DNA from: Clostridia bacterium
GTDB taxonomy: Bacteria > Bacillota > Clostridia > Christensenellales > Aristaeellaceae
Reading direction: 5' to 3'
Length of the DNA stretch: 64,000 bases
NCBI GenBank assembly: GCA_017464305.1
Contig: JAFUDS010000001.1
Location: 153,812 to 217,811 of the forward strand
Of the stretch, positions 26,041-37,300 are shown one piece after another; within the stretch, counting starts at the first letter, position 1; each line of letters begins with the position of its first letter. The position numbers and the translations under genes were made by a program. The notes under the pieces are model-generated. The model was given only the letters and a program-made list of their open reading frames with translations, was not told where the DNA came from and ran no database searches.

Positions 26041-28101
26041 TTATTCCACCCCTAGCGCTTTAAACACCGCGTCCTCAGCGCTCTGATAGAAAATGATATT
26101 GAAGCAACCTATCAATTCTGCTGGTACTGATGACAGATCGGCAGCACTGGTAATGGGCAGCAACACTTTCTTTGCACCGCTATCCAAACATACCTGCAGC
26201 GCATTAGCCAGTTCACTGACTTTCAGGATTGTACCGCTGATGCTTATTTCACCCAATACAGCCAGGTTGCTGAGGGTCGGTTTGTTCAGAGCGATGGAGC
26301 ATAATGCAATGACAGTAGGAAGAGCTAGCTGGTTTGTCATGCCAATGCCCTGCAGATCCTGATAACCAATAATGTAATCCTTAGTTGTGGTGCTGATGGT
26401 GCCGCTGATATGGTTGCTGTTGGCCTTCAGGAAGTTGAAAGCAGTATTTGTCGCTTCTTTGGCTTTCTGATCGCTGGCCAGTCCAGTGCGCTCAAATTTT
26501 CCGCTGCCGGGCAACATCTGACTTTCCAGCCGAAAAACGCCAATCATGCCACTTTTCCCATGGGAGATCGTGTAGACATTGCCAGGATTACACACGCCAT
26601 CTGGAATCAGCTTGCCGCCGCCCTGTTCGGGAACGGAGACGAAATGTTCCTCAAAGGTTTCATTGTTGATGTAGCTGAAGTTGACATCATAGAATTCCAT
26701 GCCACCCAACTTCTTCAACTGTTCTTTCACGCGGCGGCGCATTTCCAAAGCCAGAACCAAGATTTCTTCCAGTTCTTCTTTTGTGTATTCGCCATCTGGA
26801 TATAGCAGCTTTATGAAACCACCAACCATACGGCGCACAGCGATGGTATCGCGCTGGTTGAGGTTTCGGCCCAGATGGAAGAACTGATCCAGTGCATCGC
26901 CGAACTGTTCCTTGCGCAGTTCCCGCAGGAATTCCGCCAGATAGTCCGTGATAAAGCCCCAGTCGTTGGTAAAATGTTCCGGGCGGAACTTTGGAATCTC
27001 CCAGCCCGGGATATAGCAGTGCATACGATCCAAGAAAGCGGTGTCAGTACCCATTTCCGGCGGGAACGGATCAAACAGACTGCTGGTTTTCAGCAGTACG
27101 TCCACGCTCTGATTGATATTGCCGACGAAAACCATGGATGCGGATGCAGCTTTTTCTTCTTTGCCACGGGCGAAAGAACCGGATGCCATGTAATCCTTCA
27201 TAATCTGGATGCCGTCTTTGTCCTTGAAATTGATTCCGGCGACTTCATCGAAGGCCACGACATCCCATAGGCCCACCAATCCAACCGTCTTTCTGCCCAT
27301 GTTATAGAAGAGGTTGGCAACTGTGGTTTGTCCGCCGGACACCAGAATGCTGTTCGGCGATATTTCTTTGTACAGATGGCTCTTGCCAGTAGAACGCGGC
27401 CCGAGTTCGCAAAGGTTGAAGTTGTTTTCAACCAGCGGGATCATACGCGCCAGAAGCAACCACTTCTCGCGAGGCTTTAGCGAATCCGGCTCCATGCCGA
27501 TGGATCGCAGCAGCACATCCATCCATTCATCCTTGGTGAAGGCCTTCCGTCCGGCCTTCAGTTCATCAATATCAACATGGGGCATTTGTATGGGCGTCAG
27601 CTTGCGGATTTTGATAGGAGAATCGTGCTTCTCTTCTTCGTTGTACTCGTACTCCAACTGTACGATGCACCAGATACCACCGCAAAGCAGCCGATCAAAC
27701 TTTTCCGGATATTCTTCGCTGATGGGCAGTCCCTTCAGGCCTAGGTTGGAAAACTCAGCCATGTAACTATCATGCTTTACGTCTAGCTGTACTGTGATCT
27801 TATCGATGACCGTGTAGCTGCCTTTTTGCCGGAGCATGGAAAGGATCTTCTGCGCCTCATCAGGGCGCACGAAGTTGTCGGCCAGAATGCGCTTTACATG
27901 CTGAACACCACGCTCAATGATGGCCTCATCGTCAGAAGAACAGTACTGCCCCAGTAGGAACTCCAGCACATAGACAGGCACGTTTGCGCCTTCCTTGATC
28001 TTCTTCGTCAGGTCTTTGCGGACGATTTTACCGTCAAACTGCTCCCGTAGTTTTTGCTTGATTTCTTCGCGAGTATCCGCAGATTTCTCAAACTCAGACA
28101 T
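26041..28101 (-). CDS. brxL: BREX Lon-like protease BrxL
   Basis: NVPVYVLEFLLGQYC, GPRSTGKS, Lon-like C-terminus. Confidence 0.95.
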   Translation of the reverse strand: MSEFEKSADTREEIKQKLREQFDGKIVRKDLTKKIKEGANVPVYVLEFLLGQYCSSDDEAIIERGVQHVKRILADNFVRPDEAQKILSMLRQKGSYTVIDKITVQLDVKHDSYMAEFSNLGLKGLPISEEYPEKFDRLLCGGIWCIVQLEYEYNEEEKHDSPIKIRKLTPIQMPHVDIDELKAGRKAFTKDEWMDVLLRSIGMEPDSLKPREKWLLLARMIPLVENNFNLCELGPRSTGKSHLYKEISPNSILVSGGQTTVANLFYNMGRKTVGLVGLWDVVAFDEVAGINFKDKDGIQIMKDYMASGSFARGKEEKAASASMVFVGNINQSVDVLLKTSSLFDPFPPEMGTDTAFLDRMHCYIPGWEIPKFRPEHFTNDWGFITDYLAEFLRELRKEQFGDALDQFFHLGRNLNQRDTIAVRRMVGGFIKLLYPDGEYTKEELEEILVLALEMRRRVKEQLKKLGGMEFYDVNFSYINNETFEEHFVSVPEQGGGKLIPDGVCNPGNVYTISHGKSGMIGVFRLESQMLPGSGKFERTGLASDQKAKEATNTAFNFLKANSNHISGTISTTTKDYIIGYQDLQGIGMTNQLALPTVIALCSIALNKPTLSNLAVLGEISISGTILKVSELANALQVCLDSGAKKVLLPITSAADLSSVPAELIGCFNIIFYQSAEDAVFKALGVE

Positions 28102-28116
28102 ATTTAGTCCTCCAGG

Positions 28117-31100
28117 TTATTTGATCGGAGCCAACACATCTTCAAAGATGGCATAGTTGTGCTTCACACCGTCGTCCAGATCGATGGCGATCATTTGGTC
28201 AGCCAGGTGGTGCACCTTTTCCTCATACTTCAGCAATTCGGCATCCTGGCCTTGAATCTTGGCCAGCTGCTTCTGCAAGCGAACACGCTCAGAGCCGCTG
28301 GCGCTATCTACACGGCGGGATAATTCCTCAATGGCGGTGCGGTACCGGCTCTGCATCTCATGCACATAGTCCGTGCGTACGCGGGCCACGGTATCCTTTG
28401 CCCAGCGGTGCATATACACCAGACACTTGAATCCATTCTTCTTGCCGGAATCGAACATCCAGTAAATGGGCCGCTTCTGATAAACTTTCAGGTGATCCTT
28501 ATAGAAGTCGTTCAAGAAGTACTGGCGAATCAAGTCACGGGCGGAGCCGCCGCCGTTCGGATAGAGAGCGGATGCGATATACTTCAGGTTTTCCTCCAGC
28601 ATCTCTTCGCCGAAGGCTTCCTTCACCCAGTCCACAAACATGGTCACGATATCGTCGGTGAAGTACTCATCATCGGTAATGGGCAGGATACCGTCTTTGT
28701 CAGGTTCATACGTCATAGCTTCCTGCTGAGCCAGCCACTGCTGCCAGTCACCGCCAGCAAACTGCAAACCGGGTTTGTCCAAACTGTAACGGCCCAGCAT
28801 GCAGCCCACAGCATAAGAAACCAAGCTGCGGATATCGCGGCCTAGATCAGCCCTTCGGACGGTCACGTCTTTGTCGGCAACCTCCGGTGTCAGTTCATCT
28901 TGCAGACCATAAATGTCAATGAAGATGCGGTTTAATTCTTCTTCATTGGCTTTCAGTTGGGTAAAACGATCGTTGCATTCCTTCTGCCACAGCTGGAAGC
29001 AGGCTTCCACCACGCTCCCGACGGCGGGGCCTTCTCCATAATAGTGAGCTTTGCTCGCAAATCCATATGCGCCATCCTCAATAGCCCAATCATCGTCAAT
29101 CCGTAGAAATGGGTGGCGCTGGAAGTCCCAAGAGGTTTCAAAAGAATCCCATTCTTTCTTGGAGATTGCAACACAATCTTTACCAATGGTCTGCACTATC
29201 TCTTTCTTTTCAATTCGATATGGAAGTTGACCAACTGGCCCTTCACGATAATGGTATGTCGGAGCTAATAAAGACAAAAACACTTGAATAGGCTTGCTGT
29301 TTAGCAAACATAATGTAAAAATCAAATTCTCCTGATTCGGAAAACACATTGGTCCAGTGCTATCGTTTATAAAACCAGTTTCTGTTATTCTGGCTGAAAA
29401 ACCATTTGTAGCTATGTCTGACCAAGTACATCCGGGAAGAAAATAGTTTTCAGGATTCCTTATGACAGCTTTATCAAATGATTGTAATTCTTCACCATCC
29501 ATAAACCAATTAAGTACATATTCACGATTCCCAAACCATTTTCTGAAGCTTCCACCCTTGTTATATGGATACCATTTACACACTGATGTACGGGATTCCA
29601 AATGATTGGTAACATTGAAGGCTATATTACGATGATGAACTTCATACCAGAAACGCAGAAAGCGGTTGTTATCAGCTGTTGCTATTCCCTGTTTTGTAGG
29701 AGCAAAATCATATAGTTTTGGCGACTCAAAAGCTGAAATAAATGCTTTGCTAACCCAGTATGCAATAGGTGCACCTGGTATCAGTAAGAAGCTTTGACGA
29801 GACGTAATGAACTGATTTTCACCAGATAAGAACGATTGTTCCTTACCAACTTGAGAATTCGGTTCAGTACAACGAACAAATATCCCCTTATAGTTCAGAA
29901 TGTTATTGTTTCTCAATACAAAGCTTGCTGTCTGAACAACTTCACCGCTGATTTCTTCAAAAGCTCTCGCTCCCAAATGAGTTAGATTAATGATATCCAC
30001 AGACTGGAGTTTATTGCGTAGTTTCTCATAACTTGAGATAAACATCCAAGCATGCATGGTAATCATGCCCTGCAGCCCATTGGTATTTAGCATTTTGTGG
30101 CAATGCTCAATAAACACAGCAAACAAGTCCGTTTTACTATCCGGATAATTTTTCTTGACATAATCTGCCAATCCACCACCGGAATTGCCCGGATTCATAT
30201 ACGGCGGATTCGTCACAACAACATGATACTTCTGGGCCAGCGCCTGTCCCTGTTCAATGATCTGGAGAAGCCGTTCCTGCGTAGCGTCAATGCCCACCTC
30301 GCCCAGCGTGACCTGACCTTCCGGATCGGTCATACGGACATAACGACGCAAAGTCTCCCAGTCATACTCCTGCGGCTGGAGGATAGAACCGTATTCCTTC
30401 GCATCAACAAACTCGTCCAACAGAGCTACCATCTGGGTAGTAGCATTATTGCGTTCTATAACGCTCATGCTGTTTCCCAGGTAACGCAAGTGATCCCGAT
30501 TGATACCGTTGCTCTCCTGAATGGCCATTACATGAGGCTGAATGCCGCGACGGAACCAACCCTTGTCATAGCGGCGGGCGATCATCATGACAGCAAAGTT
30601 CGCCAGCTGCGCGGCCCGGTCATCAATGTCCAAACCCCACAGATTGTTCTGCACAATGCTGGCGACCGCATCACGTGTGGGATACCCATAAGCCTCGTAG
30701 ATCTGCACCAGAACCTCAAAGAGATAGACCAATATATGACCACTGCCTGCACAGGGATCGATACAGAGGATTTCTTCCGGTTTGATGGCAGCATAGCCTT
30801 CCCGAATCTGGGCAAGCTGCGCCTGCACCTCGGGCTCTTGTTCGGCTTCCTCCAGATAGTATTTCCAATTGGCCTTCAGGCTGTCATCCGGATGGCCTTC
30901 TACCCACAGACGTCCCAGGCTGTTCTCCACCATATAGCGCACAATCCAATCAGGCGTGAACAGCTGCGTTGCGGCAGGGATGTCTTTCTTGCTGATCTTG
31001 ATGTTCTTTTTCAGGTTGGCGAATACCTGATCCTTCGGCTCAGCGTTATAGTACTGATACAGCCACCCGACGATTTGGACAGCATCCTTCCAGTCATCTT

Positions 31101-31695
31101 CTGCAATGGAGAGCACCATCTGTTCCGGCACACTGCCCTCACGAAGCAGGTTGTCCGGCAACAGAAGACGAGTATAGTCTCTATCTTCTATAGCACAACC
31201 TCGGTCATCTGGCTGGAACAGCGTCAGAAGCGGCTTCAGAGAGTTGCACATGGCAAGGAGCAGCACCTTATACAGTTCTTCAGTCTTATTCTCTTCCTTT
31301 AACCGAATCACTGTATCGATATCCAGTCCGGGCAGTTCAATGCTCAGCGCGTCAGAAAGGATCTGTGGACGGAAGTGATTGTTCTCATCGGAAAAGATGC
31401 GTGTTCTAACAGGCAGAAACCCATTGACCTCCATGTAACGCAAAGCACAAAAACGGTCAAACCAGGTATACGCCACTTCTTCAATGGTCGCATCGTAGCC
31501 TTTGACCTGTATGCGTTCGATCAGCGCCTGTCGCTGGGTACGCTGAGCCGGTGTCAGCACCACACCACGCGCCGTGCTAGCATTCCAATCCGCGTCAGCA
31601 CCTTCCACCTCATAGCGGTAGGCCTGCTGGCGCACACGGTCAATCAGTTCCCGTCTGGCCCAGGTGGCAAATTTCTTGATGGCATTCTTATCCAT
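28117..31695 (-). CDS. pglX: BREX-1 adenine methyltransferase PglX (copy 2)
   Basis: ATQLFTP, DPCAGSGH, NPPY, KRPIYW, DLDDGVK. Confidence 0.93.
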   Translation of the reverse strand: MDKNAIKKFATWARRELIDRVRQQAYRYEVEGADADWNASTARGVVLTPAQRTQRQALIERIQVKGYDATIEEVAYTWFDRFCALRYMEVNGFLPVRTRIFSDENNHFRPQILSDALSIELPGLDIDTVIRLKEENKTEELYKVLLLAMCNSLKPLLTLFQPDDRGCAIEDRDYTRLLLPDNLLREGSVPEQMVLSIAEDDWKDAVQIVGWLYQYYNAEPKDQVFANLKKNIKISKKDIPAATQLFTPDWIVRYMVENSLGRLWVEGHPDDSLKANWKYYLEEAEQEPEVQAQLAQIREGYAAIKPEEILCIDPCAGSGHILVYLFEVLVQIYEAYGYPTRDAVASIVQNNLWGLDIDDRAAQLANFAVMMIARRYDKGWFRRGIQPHVMAIQESNGINRDHLRYLGNSMSVIERNNATTQMVALLDEFVDAKEYGSILQPQEYDWETLRRYVRMTDPEGQVTLGEVGIDATQERLLQIIEQGQALAQKYHVVVTNPPYMNPGNSGGGLADYVKKNYPDSKTDLFAVFIEHCHKMLNTNGLQGMITMHAWMFISSYEKLRNKLQSVDIINLTHLGARAFEEISGEVVQTASFVLRNNNILNYKGIFVRCTEPNSQVGKEQSFLSGENQFITSRQSFLLIPGAPIAYWVSKAFISAFESPKLYDFAPTKQGIATADNNRFLRFWYEVHHRNIAFNVTNHLESRTSVCKWYPYNKGGSFRKWFGNREYVLNWFMDGEELQSFDKAVIRNPENYFLPGCTWSDIATNGFSARITETGFINDSTGPMCFPNQENLIFTLCLLNSKPIQVFLSLLAPTYHYREGPVGQLPYRIEKKEIVQTIGKDCVAISKKEWDSFETSWDFQRHPFLRIDDDWAIEDGAYGFASKAHYYGEGPAVGSVVEACFQLWQKECNDRFTQLKANEEELNRIFIDIYGLQDELTPEVADKDVTVRRADLGRDIRSLVSYAVGCMLGRYSLDKPGLQFAGGDWQQWLAQQEAMTYEPDKDGILPITDDEYFTDDIVTMFVDWVKEAFGEEMLEENLKYIASALYPNGGGSARDLIRQYFLNDFYKDHLKVYQKRPIYWMFDSGKKNGFKCLVYMHRWAKDTVARVRTDYVHEMQSRYRTAIEELSRRVDSASGSERVRLQKQLAKIQGQDAELLKYEEKVHHLADQMIAIDLDDGVKHNYAIFEDVLAPIK

Positions 31696-31714
31696 GGAGA
31701 TCGCTCCTCAGTCG

Positions 31715-34333
31715 TTAATCAAAGAAGTTAAACTCATCAATCGCCATGGCGATCATGATATGGAATTCCTCCCGCTGCGGCAACTGCAAGCCGCGCTCAT
31801 CCTGAATCACAAGATAATAGGGTGTATGCTGGTCGTACTTCTGCTGCTTCAGGTTGAAGGTTACCCGCCAGGTGCGAGCTCGGTTGTCCTCATCCGTCTT
31901 GTCCGCGATCAGCTTTTGTGTATCGCTGATGGGATGTCCGGCAGCGTCCGCAAAGTACAGCTGGTAGGTCTCTGCACTCCAATTGGCACTGACCGCTTCC
32001 TTCTGGTAAAACTCCAGGCTGAATATCATATTACTAATCTGATGAGACGCAGAGAGAAGGCTGATGGTCACGGGCTTGGTATCATACTTGGCCTTGTTGC
32101 GCTGATATTCCTTGCTGTCGTTCCGCAGATGCTGATACGAAATGACCGGCACCACCATTTCCTGTAAGCTGGCTCCGCCGTGGACGAAATTCAGACCAGC
32201 ACCTTGCATCTTAATTCGGATGCTTTCTCTCGGTGCAAAAGCTGCGATGCCTTCTGTCTCCATGCGAATGGACATCAGGTAATCCGGTTCCGCTCCTTCC
32301 TTCAGGATCGCGTAGCGGCGGCCATACTCGATGCTTTCTTCCTGGAAGGATGCCTTGCTGACTTTGTCGCTCTCCGTCAGAGGATCATGGGTATACAAAA
32401 AGCCGTGATCTGCGGTGATTAGGATATGGGTGCCATTCATGTCGCCAGTAATCTTTTTTACCAGGCCATGAAGCTCCCGTATTGCTGTATCACAGGCAGA
32501 AAACACATCGGCCTCATTTCCGTGGCTGGACGCATCCACTCGGTCATGGTAGATATATACGACCTCCATGCCTGCAATTAAATCGCGGACTTCCTTCTGT
32601 TTTAGGCTGATGATCTCCTCATATCGCACAGCCAAGCTCTTAGGATTGGCCACTTTCAGAATCTTGTCCCGGTAATTGCTGTCTGTGGATACACCATCAG
32701 CCAGAACTTTGACGATTCCGTTTTCTGTGCTGATACTCAGTTCTTTATGGGGGAGAAGCGCTGCCATACCAAACTTGGTGATTGTCGGGAAAATGCCCTG
32801 CATGCTGCTGAGCGATACCTTTGCCTGCTGTTCTCGCTTAAGAACATCAGCCAGTCCGGAGGCAACCTCGTAGCGCAGCGCATCAGAAATCACAACAAAG
32901 GTTTTTGAACGTTCCGGACGGCCTGTGGTGGGGCTTTTCCGAACGACGACCCGGTTTTTGTAGAAATCGACTTGCCTGGGAATGCCTCGCACATACCCCA
33001 AATCTTTCAGATCGTCTTCGCTGACATTCGTCCAGTTTTCGCTTAGCTCCTTCATAAACCAATTGACATAAAGCTTTTCCACCTGATCCGCCACATGAGC
33101 AAACAGATCAGATAGTGATTCCTTGTAACCCTTGAGGCTTTCACCGTAGGCCACATGAAACAGACGATAGAAGGTATCCATACGATAATAATCATCCGTA
33201 TACGCCTTCCAAATCGCTTCCGGTTGTGCCTCGTGGAAGCCTGCTGCATGATCTAAATAGAAGCTTTGCATATTGGCTACCTGAAGCAATCCCTCATAAT
33301 AGATTTCGACCGCTTCGTACCAGACACAGGTACGCCGCTTCTGTACAGTCTCAACGATCGTTTTTACTTCAATGATCTCATTGCTTATGTACTGCATGAT
33401 CCGAGCCAGGATGGACTCATTTACGCAAGGGAAGCACTCCGTTTCCAGCAAGTCATTAATTTGTAGTTTTTCAAACCGTCTAGGCAGCATGAACTCATTC
33501 TCTACCTGGCGAGCTATTTCATAAAGACTCTGTTTGTCATCAGAATGCAGCCACTCCGAAATCAGATCATAGCATCTAGCCTGATGCGGCAGGGAGATGA
33601 AGCGCTCCAGACCGCCAAGATTCTCTGGTTTCATTGTACGCGTTGAGGCTGTCAGCAGAATATGTGCGGCCAGGCGACGGAGACTGATATTCTCTTCATT
33701 ATATCCAGACGCTTTGGCAGCCAATTGCCAGAAAGCATCCTTCGCGTCGTAATCCACCAACGACTGATAAACATCATTGGTCTCCAGATCCAGCCCTGCT
33801 TCTAACACAGCCTTGATGATCGAGTTCGGCTGGGGCTGTTTGACACCTGCGATGGCACTCATCACCGCCAGGTGGAGCTGAGGTTGGGTATTAATCGTGG
33901 GCATTGCCGCAACCTTCGCTCTCCGGGCCTGGGCATTGAAGAATTTCCTATAGTGTTTCACCAGTCTGCGGATATCCTGACTATCAAAAAGATGCATTTC
34001 CGACATCCACTGAGAAATCAGATCAGTGCGATAGGGTTCACCGCTATACAGTTGAATATCCAATAGCCAGTTATCTTCCAGCTTTTCGTATGCCACCGGG
34101 CAATAGACCACGTAATTTCCATACGGATCATCATGCCCTAGGAGCTTTTTGACCGTGAACAGGTTGCTCCCGGTCAGCTGGATCAGCTTGGCATTTTCCA
34201 GCTCAAAATCATCCAGCTTATCCGCATACTCCCGTTCTTCGTCCAACCAGAACACCACCCGGCGTTTGTAATACGGTGGAAGCTGCTGAGCAAAGCGCTT
34301 ATTCAGATCGGAGACCACTTTTTCGGTGTCCAT
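31715..34333 (-). CDS. pglZ: BREX-1 phosphatase PglZ
   Basis: VISDALRYE, PTITKFGMAALLP, ITADHGF, FVHGG. Confidence 0.95.
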   Translation of the reverse strand: MDTEKVVSDLNKRFAQQLPPYYKRRVVFWLDEEREYADKLDDFELENAKLIQLTGSNLFTVKKLLGHDDPYGNYVVYCPVAYEKLEDNWLLDIQLYSGEPYRTDLISQWMSEMHLFDSQDIRRLVKHYRKFFNAQARRAKVAAMPTINTQPQLHLAVMSAIAGVKQPQPNSIIKAVLEAGLDLETNDVYQSLVDYDAKDAFWQLAAKASGYNEENISLRRLAAHILLTASTRTMKPENLGGLERFISLPHQARCYDLISEWLHSDDKQSLYEIARQVENEFMLPRRFEKLQINDLLETECFPCVNESILARIMQYISNEIIEVKTIVETVQKRRTCVWYEAVEIYYEGLLQVANMQSFYLDHAAGFHEAQPEAIWKAYTDDYYRMDTFYRLFHVAYGESLKGYKESLSDLFAHVADQVEKLYVNWFMKELSENWTNVSEDDLKDLGYVRGIPRQVDFYKNRVVVRKSPTTGRPERSKTFVVISDALRYEVASGLADVLKREQQAKVSLSSMQGIFPTITKFGMAALLPHKELSISTENGIVKVLADGVSTDSNYRDKILKVANPKSLAVRYEEIISLKQKEVRDLIAGMEVVYIYHDRVDASSHGNEADVFSACDTAIRELHGLVKKITGDMNGTHILITADHGFLYTHDPLTESDKVSKASFQEESIEYGRRYAILKEGAEPDYLMSIRMETEGIAAFAPRESIRIKMQGAGLNFVHGGASLQEMVVPVISYQHLRNDSKEYQRNKAKYDTKPVTISLLSASHQISNMIFSLEFYQKEAVSANWSAETYQLYFADAAGHPISDTQKLIADKTDEDNRARTWRVTFNLKQQKYDQHTPYYLVIQDERGLQLPQREEFHIMIAMAIDEFNFFD

Positions 34334-34348
34334 GATGGAAACCTCCAA

Positions 34349-37300
34349 TTATTTTATCGGTGCCAGCACATCAGCCAGCTTTGCGTAATTCACCTTAACA
34401 CCATCATCCAGATCCAACGGGAGCATCATGTCTGCATAGTGGTGGATTTTCTCCTCGTACTTTCGCAGTTCCTCCTCTTGTCCCTGAATCTTAACCAACT
34501 GTTTTTGCAATCGCACGCGTTCAGAACCACTGGCAGTTTCTACACGGTGTGCCAAATCCTCCATCGATGTGCGATAACGGGCCTGCATTTCATGTACATA
34601 GTCCGTTCGCACACGGGCCACTGTATCTGGCTGATAGCGGTGCAGGTAGATCAGGCACTTGAAGCTGTTCTTCTTGCCTGCATCAAAGAGCCAGTAGATG
34701 GGCCGCTTCTGGTAGATCTTCAGGTGATCCTTATAGAAGTCATTTAGGAAATACTGCCGGATCAGTTCACGGGCGGTACCGCCGCCACTCGGATAGAGGG
34801 CTGAAGTTATGTACTTCAGGTTTTCTTCCAGATCATGTTCACCAAAGACTGTCTTAACCCAGCCTACAAACATGGAAACGATATCATCGGAAAAGTACTC
34901 ATCGTCGGTAATCGGCAACACACCATCCTTGTCAGCGGGATAAGTATGATACTGGGAGGCATCCCATTCGCCGCCAGCAAAGGCAAGGCCGTCTTTATCG
35001 AGAGAGAATCTACCCAACATGCACCCAACGGCATAAGAGACGAGGCTGCGGATATCCCGTCCCAGATCCGCCTTACGAACGGTTACATCCTTATCGGCTA
35101 CTTCTGGGGTTAGCTCGTCCTGCAAGCCATAGATGTCGATGAAGATACGATTGAGTTCTTCTTCGTTGGCTTTCAGCTTCTTGAAGCGTTCATTGCATTC
35201 ACCCTGCCAGAGCATGTAACAAAGCTCCACAGTGCTGTGTACTTCGGGATGGTAACCATAGTAATAGCTCATGGTTGCACCGATGGAGGTTGCATCCCGG
35301 AGGTTGCGGCCCCAGCGGACGATGGGATGGACTGGGAAATCCCAAGATGTTTCGAAGGAGTCCCAATCTTGACGAGACATTTCAATATTCAATCCACTTA
35401 TTTTTTCTACTTTTTCCTTAAAGCGGGGTTCGATGATAACAGGTATTCTAGCCATATCACCAACTTGCGTGGTTATTGTTGGATTAATGATGCCGATCAC
35501 TTCTTGTGTGATTTTGGTGTTCAAAAGACCGATTATATACAGAATATCCGTACTTACAGGAAAACAGCTTGATCCTTTAACATCAAATAATGCTCCCACA
35601 TCGGAATACCTACCAGAAAAGGCGGCACTTGTTGTGTCAGACCACGTTATACTGTTTTGAAAATAAAACTGTTCATTACTGATTTTCCACCCAAGATTAT
35701 CGCCGAGCATAGGGTATTTCTTTCTGGTCTCTGCTTTAATTTCAGCACCATCATTCTCCCAATTAACGAGGCGCTCATTATTTCCATACCAACGTCTAAA
35801 AGCCCCACCCTTGTTATACGGAAACCATTTTTTTAAGCTCTTGCATGCCGCCTTGGCATTTGTGAAGCCGATACCGGTTCTGTCCATAGAGACTTCAAAC
35901 CATAGTCTTAGAAAACGATCATTATCTCCAGTACGCATGCCAATACAAGGGGATGCGATACTGCCAAGAGTATCATTATGAAACACTGCTCGAGTCTTAT
36001 CACTTATCCAGTAAGCAAGAGGAGAGCCTTGAATGTTTTGAAAGACAAGAGCCTCCATTTCAAAGCGATATGATGTATTTGCATCTTTAATCGCTATTAG
36101 TGCTTTTTCTTTTTGTAATTCCATATCTCCTTTGAAACTCTCTAACCTTATGTATATACCCTTTTCATCGTCATGCCTATTTGCGCAAATAAAAGCACAA
36201 ACATCCACGGTTGCATCTTTATAAAATGCCCCTTTTGCCATCTGAATGAGTGAAGCTATTGATTTGTTTTCAATGATAAACGACCTTAAATCTTCATAGC
36301 TTTTTATAAACATCCACACATTTGGGGTCATATATGCAGCGTAACCCCCATAAACACAGAAGCCTAGATTTCTGACTATAAATGCACTAAACAAATCGCC
36401 AGAATATTTTCTAAATTTTTTTCCAAGAAAGTCCTTCAACTTTGCATCATATTTATTCATGTAAGGCGGGTTTGTTGCAACAACAGCATATCTTTTATGC
36501 ATCACATCTACAGCGTTTATAAAAGTAGAAAATTCACCTGTTAAATAAGTTTTGTAAATACTAATTTCATCATTTAATTCAGCAAATCTCTTATTAATGG
36601 CTTCAAAGTTAATATTGGGCACAGTGAGAAGCGATCCATATTCTTTAGCATCTGTAAATACATCTAAAATAGTATCCATGTCCTGTTTTAAAACTGAATC
36701 ATGGTGATGGAAGTATTCAATGCTTGCTCTATCGATATTATTGCTTTCTTTTATTTCGTAGATATGTGGTTGAATACCACGTGAAAAGAAACGCTTATCA
36801 TATTGGCGTGCCTTCATCATTACTGCAAAATACGCAAGTTGAACAGCACGTCCATCAATATCGAGGCCGTGTAAATTGTTTTTAATTATTTCTGCTGCTG
36901 CGTCACGCTCAGAATATCCATATTCGGTATATATTTGCATCAGAACATCAAAAGCATAGACGAGAAAATGACCTGACCCCACACAGGGATCTAAGACAGT
37001 CAGCTCCTGAGGAACAATTGTCTCATTAATGTATTTAATCGTTCCATTTTCGGTTGAGATAAAGTAGTCTAGCTTTTCTGCCAATGCACTATTAGGATTG
37101 CGCTCAATCCAATACTTACCAACGGAATTGTCAATCAAATAGCGAACGACCCAATCCGTTGTAAAGAGTTGAGTGGCCGCTGGTACTTCATCTTTTTTGA
37201 CAATTTTGCCATGCAGAGGGTCAATAACTTCCTCATGCTTTTCAGATATATAGTACTGATATAACCACCCAATAATCTCAATTTGTCCTGCATCAGAACG